From: Azolla caroliniana
Taxonomy: Eukaryota > Plantae > Polypodiophyta
DNA: 64,000 bases
NCBI GenBank assembly: GCA_043228905.1
Contig: JBHGNT010000010.1
Span: 22,196,001 to 22,260,000, forward strand
Reading direction: 5' to 3'
A program made the position numbers and the translations under genes. This document shows positions 53,486-64,000 of the stretch, in pieces (the stretch's first letter is position 1; each line of letters begins with the position of its first letter). The notes under the pieces are model-generated. The model searched no databases and was not told the DNA's origin. It worked only from the letters and a program-made list of their open reading frames with translations.

Positions 53486-53699
53486 AAAGAGAGACCATTC
53501 AGTAAAATGTAGACCATGTGATGGCTTTCTTTTTGTGCCTCATGATTGCGACAATTTGCTGATTGTGTAAAGATATTTATGGTGCTATATATTATTCTTG
53601 TTACCTACAAACTGTATATGGTATATGGGTTATGTACTTGATTGACCTTAAAATTTCTAAAATTTCTACTGGGTTATGTACACGAGGTTATGAACTTAA

Positions 53700-55005
53700 T
53701 TGATAAATAGTCTTGAAATTTCTTTATTATATTCTCTATTTTATTTGATGAGTTTGTTGAAATATTGCTCCCCAAACAACAGATCCATAAAACAAAGTTT
53801 CAACACACAGTTGGTATGTTGGATGCCTGTCCAAATTATTGGAATTACATGCCTAGTGTTTCATGCTAGACTAAAAGTGGTGCAATCAATTATGATTCCT
53901 ATGATATCATATATTTATAGATGTTGTCAGGGTCTAAAAAGGTACAAAGAGAAAATGGGAGTATCTTGATTGGACAACATGGTGTGATTTACTGTCATTT
54001 AGTTTATCTCAGTAGTTGGTATATTGGATATATGCTCGAATTAGTGACAAATTTATGTATTGGAATCACACGCCTAATGTTTCATGTTAGACTAAAAGTG
54101 GTGAAATAAATCATGATTCCCATGATATTATATATTTACAAATGTTATGGTCTAAAAAGGCTATGGAGAAATTTTCATCCTCAATGTGGTCCACATTATG
54201 GAAGAGGAAATAAAGATGATACCTTACTCGGGTGGCATGAAATCATTGGTGAGATGCCAATTTCAAATCTATATGAAAATATGGTGGCTCGAAGATTCTC
54301 CGAAGACTGTTTTTGAGATAACCATCGTATCAAGCGTGAAAAGACGAAAATTGTAGTCTCTTGGTGGCATGTGGTAAATAGTGATAGACAAATTATATGT
54401 GTAGGGCTTATGACAACTCAACATTTATTGGCCAGTATCTTTGATTTTCTAGAGTAACAAATCTCATTATTCCATCACTTGAATGGGAAATACAAATTCG
54501 TTGCTATTGGAGGTCTTGCTAACACCTCGTCTTTTGGCATGGGTTGATTAGCACTCCCTTCCACCCACTTTAACCATATTGCATCCTTAGGCTTGGTTAA
54601 TGCACAAAATGCCATGTTGGAAATCCAAAGAAAAATATTGGTTTTCAAACAACTAAGACAAGGTTACATAGTCTAAGACATTACCATGTTATATGGAAGC
54701 CTCACAAATAAAAAAACAAGTGATATATATCATAAACTAATTGATAAATAAGCGTGGATGGTAGAACGGGTTGATAAAGAATGGGGCTTAACAACATTCA
54801 ATAGGTGGTGGCAAACTGTAGCACAAATGGGGTAGTAATTACGTCTTCTTTTCAAAGATAAGGTGCTTATTTGGAGGGTCATGGTGGGTGAATTATCTCT
54901 ATAAACTACTTTGTGAAGATGAAGTATTCCCTCTAGAATGTGGTTGTTTGCACGCTTTCAAATGAACATAGTCAATATCTATTAATGAATTATGCAATCG
55001 ACAAC
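53700..55005 (+). mobile_element. Highly degenerate L1 LINE 3' region with internal ~220-bp duplication
   Basis: Frameshifted KIRC.WRVMVGELSL and zf-RVT-like C..C...EH remnants at 54855-55000; duplicated block 53805-53945 / 54012-54160. Confidence 0.5.
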
Positions 55006-56552
55006 TGATACGAGTGCCAAGATAAGATATAACACACATGGGCCATATGACATCATCTGATCATGGAGATCTTTGCTTGCCATGTTCGACCTGCACAAGG
55101 ACACCAAAATGTACTTGTTAAACTTCGTCACCCCAACCAACCTCGAAGTTTAGTCACCCCTACTCTCATGTATATTACCAATACATTCATGCTTGTAAAC
55201 CATCTCCAAAATCATTCTACCCCATGCAATTAAGATCATGATTATGGACCTTTAGAAATCAAGCTTTTATTTTTGTTTAAGTGTGGATGACGTGAATTCA
55301 CCCATATTTGTATTATATATTTATATATATTTATAGAAATGTCATCTTTCTATGATAGTATGTTAACAATGTCATCTTCCTTTACTGTTATGTGGGTTTT
55401 TGTACTTACATTTGTTTTTATTGTAGCAAGCTATGAAAAAAATATGTGGCATTTTATATTATATTATGTGGATTTATTAAAATGTCTTATATGTGTTTCC
55501 AGACAATCAATAAGAAGCCCTTTAACAAAACATCAAAAGAAAGTTTTCCTTGCTATACGTACAAGACGGGGTAAATGCAAGATGCATGCATGGTGATAGC
55601 CTTGCTATGATGTGGCCAGGAAGATTGGTGTTTAGGGTTGTAGATACATGCACAGGTTTATACGTTTGTCTTCAGAAATGAAGGTGAATAAGCTAGGTCG
55701 TGTTTCCTTTTGTCTAAAATTTCAAGGGTTTTCCATTGTAAAATTTGGATTTCATTACAGCAACTCCTTCCTTACTATTACATGAATTCCTCGAACATCA
55801 CTATGCCATTGATATACTGCGAAATTACTGAATGTATCTCTTTCCGTTTAAGAAGAAATGGTATTTCATTAGTGCATGGACTGATGATTGAATAATTAAG
55901 CAAAAACTGAGATCATAATGGTAGATGACGACTTGATTCGATTAAATAAAAAATTATTTGAGCACTTAGAGAAGCCAATACACCGATGACCAATCTTTCA
56001 GTTTCAGCTTTTTGATTAATGAGTCAGTTCAAGTCATGGAAATGAATTTAAGTAACTTGAAAGCTCAAAGGAATGTGTATATATTTTTACATGTTGGAAT
56101 TTGTGTACAATGTGTATATAGTAAAAATCTCGAAACATAAAATCTTTATGCTTTCGCAACCTCGGCTAAAGGTTTCTTACCCGCCTTTACAGCATTTAGG
56201 CAACCCACATCCATCCGGTTTCATTTGGCTATGCTATTTCCATTGTTCTTCATTATTACTATGCTTCAAACTCTTGATTTGCTTTTCTTTTTCTGGTGCA
56301 GCTGACGATGGAATGAGGTTTATGGAACGATGCACTTTCAATGCTGGTAGAGACAATCTGTTGACAGAATGAAATGAATCAATTTGTAATAAATTCATAA
56401 CCCTTTCAAAGAAACAATTGTCTTGATTTTCAAGAGCATAAGACTGAATGGAATGCATATTGACTTTGTAATAAATTCATAACTCTTTCAAAGATGCAGT
56501 TATCTGGATGTTCGAGAGGATGTAACTGATAAAATGCATATGGGGTTTGTAA

Positions 56553-59500
56553 TCAATTCATAACTCTTTCAAGGACGTTGTTGTCTTGACATTGAAGAGG
56601 TCTAAATTGTACCTGTTAAGCCCACTTTCTTTCTTTGTGGATACATTGAGCCGAGATGAGATATTTCTGTGATGTTGATATTCCTGCAAATGCAAGAAAG
56701 CAAATTGGTAAGCTCTATAATGAATATTTATGTTCACAATTAACATATTTAGGAAAAGGAAGTACTAGAGGAAAAAATCAAAGTTTTAAGGGGAAGTTTC
56801 TACTGCATACCTCTTGGGGTAGTGTAAGTGTGTTCATTTCATCTTCATGTGATGCTTCATCAGATTTGATGTTTTGAAGATCTGAACCATGCCCCAACTT
56901 GTTATGGGGTTTCTCTTCCTTCTCCTTGAGCAGAGACTTTGTTGCTTCCAACTCCACGGTTTTGTTGTTGGGTTGCTCCTAGTATTCATAATACAAACAA
57001 AGAGTCAAATGTGGGAGTGAATTGATGGGGTGATGAAAAAACACATTTCACTGGAACTCTCATACCTCACGTAGTTTTACTTTTTCTGAAAGGTTGAATA
57101 TTGCCTTCGCACTTTGAGACATGCTACTAGGGCCATTTGATATCATCTTATGGTTAACTTTGAGTGGAGCCTTTGCAAGTCTTTGACATACAGAATCCTC
57201 TCTCTTTTTTTCTTTTTCTTTTTCTTTAAGCTTTTTTTCTGAAAGAGCTGGAAGGTCCGACTTGTGCTGGGCATCCTTTTGGAGCAAGGATAATTTCTTT
57301 TTTATCTCATCCTTTCCTTCCTCTTGCTCCACAAACTTTTTCTTCAAATCTGCAGCGTGCTTACGGAGACGAATCAGTTCATTCTTTTTATCATGCTCAA
57401 GAACATTCTTCTTAGTACCAAAATTTACTGTGGAGTTCTTCTCTTCCAATGAAGTATTGCGATGCCTTAGTTGAGTGACAGTTGCTCCTCCTCCGACTGC
57501 CAATCTCTCTTTCAACCCTCGAATCTCATCATCATCAGCCCTCATCTTATCTTTCCACATTGCTAGCTCTAGTGTTAGTTTAGTATTATCATCCTGGAGC
57601 TTATCAATAGAATTTTCAGCTTTCTCTTTTTCTAGCTGTGTCTCATGAAGTGAAGCTTTCAATCCTTGTAGTTCTGCTAGCATTTTTGACTGTTGATCGA
57701 TCCTTTCATTGCTGAGAATTCGCAATCTGCTCTCAAGCTGGGCCATTGTCTCTTCATAGACAACGGTTTCATTCTCAATATCAAGAAGCTCTTGTCCCAT
57801 TGTGACCACTTTCTTTTCCAATTCAGACTCTCTTTCCTTTGTTGCTGCCAATCTGTGATCAATTTCCTCTTTCTCGGAAACAGCATTGGACAATTTTGCA
57901 GAAATTTCAGCATTTTCTAGTTGGAGCGAATGCAATCTATCTTCTGATGCTGAGAGAGATATTTTTAGCACACTCATATCTTCATTCATATGTGAGAGCT
58001 GGAGCTCCATGTTGGTAATCTGCATTTTTGCATCTTTAAGTTGTTGCACTAAGTCAGATCTATTACTCTCAGCATGTTCTAAATTATCCAATGCTTTCTG
58101 AAGCTGGTCTTGAGCTGATTCAAAATCATGGTTGAGGCTTGTAACCCTGTCATTGGCCATTTGGAGTTGTTGACACCTTTGAGAACATAATTTTTCAGAC
58201 TCTCGCAAATCTTCTTGCAAATCAGAATGCGTTTTTTTTAAAATCAAAAGAGAATCATTGACATTTTCTTTCTCGATGACGAGTGAATTTATATGCTCTT
58301 GTAGCTCTGTATTAATTTCTCGCAAAAAATTTAAAGAAACTTCAGCATCCTCTTTGGCCTTCATAATAAATTCTACCTTGTCATGTTTCTGTTTTAGTTG
58401 ACTCTCTGCCTCTGCCAAGTTATTTTTCAGGCCGTGGCATTCTACATACATCTCATGTAACTTTTGCTCAGTGCTTGTAAGTTTATTCTTTAGAATGAAA
58501 ATTGACTCATCATTCTCCTCTCTCAAATTCTTATTTATGATCTCTAGATTCTCAATTCGTTTCATTGCAATGTCGTATTTCTGTGTGATAACAGCAATCT
58601 TTTCTCTCAAGGCTTTCATTTGACCTCTCAGCAATCCAAGCATTGATTGCTCTTTCTCATGCTCTAGAATATCTTTTCTTAGTGTAGCAATCTCTAGGGT
58701 CAAGGAAGCATTGTTTTCCTCGGAGCTCTTCAAGATTTGTTCTAATTGCTTATTCTTGGTCTGAAGGGCCTCCACCATAGAGTTAAGGTCTTCCAGGAAT
58801 GCCTTGTTGCTATCTAGCTGGCTTTGAGACAACTCTTCGGAGATATGAAGCTTCTCTCTCAGATCATTCACTGTACTTTGAAGCTCTTTCATAAGTTTCT
58901 TTTCCGATCCATCTTCAGAAGTAGGAAGCTTGTCTAATTGATCTTGCCAAGTCGAGAATTTTAATTCCAATTGGTGAATTAGATCATCTTTTTCATCTGT
59001 TTCATGGCGGAGACTCATCAACTGTGATAAAAGATTCATGTTCTCTTCCCTTATCTCGGCTGATTCTATCTCCAACTTCTCAAAGTCTTTTTTTAGCTTA
59101 TTGAAAGCTGCATCAAGTTCTTCTGTGTTGTTTTGCTGGCTTATTAATGCACTTTCCTTTACAGATAACTTAAGGTCTTTGATCATTTGTTCACTTTCCT
59201 CTAGTTTTTCCATCCACAAAGCCTTCTCTTCTTTCATTATTTGCTCACTTTCCTCTAGTTTTTTCCTCCACAAAGCCTTCTCTTCTTTATACTCTTGTTC
59301 ACTTTGCTCAAGCTTTTTCATCCACAAAGCCTTGTCCTCCTCAAAGGCTGTGATGTCTTTTCCTCGGATTTTTTCCAATTCTATTTCTCGGCTTTGGAGC
59401 AAATCATCTAAATCCTTGATCTCTAATAGAAGCTCGGAATTGGATTCGATTGTCTTTTCAAGCTGTAATGCAAGGCTATGATTCACGCGAGTTTTATAAT

Positions 59501-59789
59501 CTAACTCTTCTTTTAACTCAGCTATGGTATTCTCTGCGTCCTCAAGCTCAAGACGAACCTTTGATTGCATATACCTTCTGTCTTCAAAACTCTTTGTCAT
59601 GAATGTTGTGCTCTCTGTTTTGCTTTTATTTTCTTGAAGCTCTGTTTTCAGAATTTGTAGCTCTGTGGACATTGCTGAAATGTGTTTTTTCTCAGTTGCG
59701 AGCTCTTGCTTTAATCTCTCGACTTCATGATTGCTTATAAGCAGCTCTGTTTTCTGTGTGCAAGATGGCACAACCTCTTCAAGGGTCAT
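56553..59789 (-). CDS. Long coiled-coil, myosin-heavy-chain-related protein (NT-C2/EEIG1-associated plant family, coiled-coil part)
   Basis: 909-aa ORF, spliced at ~57066 to exons ~56980-56811 and 56612-56553. The motif ELKEELDYK..NHSLALQLEKTIESNSELLLEIKDLDDLL is typical of this family. Confidence 0.8.
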
Positions 59790-60665
59790 TCTATTTCTAA
59801 GAGCTATGGTAAATCACCTACCCGTGGTTGTCCTTGTTAGGACCAGCCTATATTTGGGTTTTACAATCACTAATCTATGCTCGTGTTTCTAAGATTTACC
59901 TATGTTTCTGTTTCACGTTATGAATGGTGGAAAAGCTCAATCTATTGTAGTCAATCCACTAAACTTGAGATCCTCTTCCCATGTAGCAAATCTGCCCCCT
60001 GTGAAAGCAAGAATACGAATAAGATTCTCATCGTGGGCGTTTATTTCTTGAAAATACAACAGTTTTTGTTCAATATTGATTGAAAAAACAGTAAATATTG
60101 GGTGGACTTTGTTCCAAAGAAGCTGAAATTGGATGATTGCAAATCATTGTTCTCTCCTATGAGCTCTATGTTGATTGATGAACTATCCGAATGCTATGAA
60201 TGTTCCACCACTAATTTTCATGAAGTGGTCATATGAACAAAATAAAATGAGAGATCAAAATCATGTGCTGAGTAACTTATTATAGACCTTCACAGGGAAG
60301 CAAATTTTTCACTTCAAATGTGGATGTGTATGGATATAAAATAAATGCAATATTGATGAAAGAAATATCCTTACCCTGCTAACTTGATGAACATCTCGAC
60401 CTTTCTGCATCAAATAGTAATGTAATTTTGATCTTGTTTTGCATTGAAAATCCTGATTGAAAGTCAATGCATCTATTGCCTTGCATCGAATCAAGGGATC
60501 TTCTATCTGAAGAGGAATCTTTAATGAAGAAAAAAAGCTTTTCGTGTAATCCCCTAGGGCAGCTTATGTAGATTCATCTGCAACGATGAAAAACAAAAAG
60601 CTCTTGAGCATTTGTGTGCTTCTCATGATATAGTTGGAGTTATGGGCTTTTCTCTCATGGTACGA

Positions 60666-60706
<41 letters not shown>

Positions 60707-60720
60707 AGAGAGAGAGAGGA
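60666..60720. repeat. Compound (GT)n(GC)n(GA)n microsatellite
   Basis: Seen directly in the sequence. Confidence 0.95.
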
Positions 60721-63700
60721 ACAGAAGAGGAGGATTGTGCAGGTGATGATAATGATGTTGTTTACACAGAGTTATAGAATGAGTTTTGTTTTTGTTGGAT
60801 TAAACTCAATGCAAAAAAGGTGGGGAGGGAGGGGAGGGGGTCTTTACTGTTCTAATCGTTTGATGTGATGGGCTCTCTGTCTCTCTGACTCTGTTCTCTG
60901 TCTCTTCTAGCCCATGGAACCAACAACATACATACATACATACATGCATGCATACATGGATAGAAGGAGGACCTCAAAAAAAACCATACATATACATATA
61001 AGGAGGATATTACCTTTTCACACGTTAACATTTGCGAAGGGACACCGATCCCAATGAATAAGCGAGCTTTGTTTGGTTACTTCTTAAGCGAAACATTTGT
61101 AGTAAAGTACTCGTTTTACGTGGAAAAAGAAAATACAGAAAGGAAGTACGAACAGAAATTCACATCTGTCCAAATGGACACCCCTCGTCTTTAGCCCACC
61201 ACTTTTTTGTTGGACAGACTCGCTAGACGCCGCCTCTTGACACTCCGTGAACATGTTAAATTTTTCTATTTTTTCTACCTTTTCCAAATAGATGCACCAT
61301 CATGTTACTTCGTCGTCTTATTAGCATGAGGAAGCTAAGATCATTAATGTGTAAGGACAACCTAGACAAATGTAGGCTACCTAATCAATCTGCAATACTT
61401 GCTTCCTTTTTAGCCTTGATAGAGATGAAGCATTATTAGTCAAAGCTCATACTAACTAGTCATATCTAGAAAAGGTTTCAAACCACCTTGTGAGGGAGAA
61501 AGATGCATTATGATCGTGTAATTTGATTCTTTTTTTTGTGTGTGGTAATTCAATGCCATATTCACCAAGAATAAAGCGATGGGGATATTATAAGATAATA
61601 GTTTGTGCTACAAATGTAGAAAAGACATTCGTAGTTGTCTTTATGTTGGTTAGGATGTCAAGCTCATGCCCCATCACCAAAACATGCAATGGTTGCTCTT
61701 GACCATGAATTTGTCTTTCAATACCACCCAAGTTACATGACACCTTTTTCTGAAAATTATGATGTGTCACAACAATAACATTTGTTACATGCCGTCTTCT
61801 GATACACACCATAATTGAGAATAGTATCCACACCGTTGCATAACTTATTATACATCAAAGTTAGGTAGAGTTTTTCATTAAGCTATTGTGTAACTTATTA
61901 TTGATGTCCCCAACGGTTATCCAATATCCAATCCATAAAAAGACATCTCTTTATCATGAAACATATTCTAAATTTTGGAAGTCTTGAAAGAATTATATCA
62001 TGCAAGTAGTAAACAAACCTTGAGTTGGAAGTGTGTATCACTTCAATGACATAATAGAGAAGATTTCAAATATTTTGGGTTCATTGGGATCACATGCCAA
62101 TTTTTGTGCTCTATACATCATGATCGATGGCATAATACATAAATCTTTTTTTAAAGAGTGTTCATCATGATCACATACCATATTTTACGTTCCATGCATT
62201 GGATTCAATGACATTGTAGAGAACATTTCAAAAAAATTACGTTCATCATGATCACATGCCATATTTAACGTTGTTCTCATGACCCTATAATCAATCAATT
62301 CACACACATTCATTACATATAGTATTGAGGATTTTCACATGCCCTTGTATACGTGAAGTAACAACATAGTTGTTTCATTTTTTAATCACTGGAACATCAA
62401 TTTTCTATTTGTACTATCTTGCTATGGATCGATACCAAAGAAAGCTACTTTGTGATCAAATTCCATCTAAATGGCTAATATTAATGTACAAACTCATACA
62501 CAAGATTCTTTTTTTCCTTCATGAGAAGGATGATGTGGATGCCCCCAAAAGAATTCTATGTAAATTTGTGAGTATTGAATTTGGACAACTTGATTTGAGC
62601 GTGTGTCACAAACATATCCATGCTCTAAGAAGATTTGAGTAACACTTTGCACTATAAATAGATGAAATGTTTTCACTACTCCACGTAGATTGATTTTCTA
62701 ATATTTTGCTTGCATGGGAAAACATATCAAAATTACATGGAGAAACTTTTGGCTTCACAGGGCAGTGCACAAAGGACACCAATGTTCTATGTTTGGTTTG
62801 GTATTATTGACCCTTCTTATAGTATTATATTTGTCAATCTTGAATCCAACATAATAATAATAATAAAGATAAGGGTCCCTCCTCATTGAACTCATGATCT
62901 TAACAATCTCTAAAAAAGAAGAGAGCATGAATAATGAAACCTTTTTCCTTCCTTCCATGGAATGGTGAATACTAAATTAGGAACCTTTACTTGGGACCTT
63001 AAACAGAAATTTATCATTCGAAGTTTAGATTCCATTAGTACATTCTTCGACAGCTTTTGGAAGAAACAAGACTACCATTCGATGTCATTTTACTAATATG
63101 TAAAAATTTTAAACATGTCCTTTTGTGAGGGGTTGCTGAAAAATTGTCAGCTTTGTTTATAACTGCTAAAAACAAGTAACCTAATCTTACCTTTGTTGCT
63201 ATGACAACGAAATACATCGCCATTGACTTTGAATTTCACAACATAATAAAAAAAAGGTGTGGGGTGACCAATCAAACTCTCACCTCTAGATACCCTTTGT
63301 TAGCTTATGATTTTGACATGTCATCAACATATAATTTTCTATTATCATGTTCCTACAATGTAGAAAACTTAGATCCATTTCGAATCTATAATATATAGTC
63401 TATGTAAGACACCTAATCTATGCATACATGTCTCTCTCTAGTCATGGACATGCACACACAAAAGTATAGCTAACTCGTGTATGTATACTTTCCATCTCTT
63501 GTCTTAGTGTTGTGCCCTAGTGGCTAGTATTAAGGCCAATTTATTTGTTTTCATGAATCTTTCTCATTTGTGAAAGTGAAAAAAGAAATACAAAACTCAT
63601 GCAAGTGGGACAAACGAGAATAATCTAGAGGAAGTAACAATGTCATCTTTCCAACATGTTTAGCTATGAACTCATAGATGTTGAAAGCTTCATGTAACAC

Positions 63701-64000
63701 ACACTTGGCATCATTCATTAGTTTCTACTTACTTGCATATATCTACGTTGTTTTCAAATTTGATAAAATTCTTTAATCCATGCTTACCTAGTAATTTCCT
63801 AGAATATACACAATCTTCCAACGGAGAAGTGCTTAAGTTGTTTTCTAGAACATACACCTTTGTAATGGCCAAACTGTGAAAAGGTAAGCTATTCATCCTC
63901 AAAAACAAATTTCATCATAATGTGTGTAATGCGCGATGTATATAGTGGTTTTAAATTAAATCGGTCACTCCATGACAACATATTAAGACAATTACTTATT

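Noticed and set aside
59038-59481. 147-aa antisense ORF, and similar antisense ORFs in SMG7 and gag-pol
   Set aside because: Shadow ORFs produced by codon bias on the coding strand.
61500-64000. Possible copia RNase H or other TE remnants (ADNF..PL-like at ~63130-63170, minus strand)
   Set aside because: Too degenerate to support a call without a search.

Overview
Eukaryotic nuclear DNA from a land plant: spliceosomal GT-AG introns, plant-specific gene families and plant LTR elements. A fern or other seed-free plant is my tentative guess only. From left to right the window holds: a double-C2-domain gene disabled by a premature stop and a frameshift (-); a 151-bp tandem repeat built around a chloroplast psbA (D1 helix E) fragment; an LTR-like repeat with a complete nested TRIM; SMG7 (+) with putative 3'UTR introns; a PDCB-like X8/GPI gene (+); a SIP aquaporin (+); a full-length but crippled Ty3/gypsy chromovirus (-) inserted into a tRNA-derived SINE-like head; a SINE-like array with an RTE-type LINE fragment; TOPBP1/MEI1 (+) with a U12 AT-AC intron; ent-kaurene oxidase CYP701 (-) head-to-head with a class I/II aminotransferase (+); L1 remnants; and a myosin-heavy-chain-related coiled-coil gene (-). 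Exon models were built by eye from splice consensus and remembered protein family motifs, with no database search.
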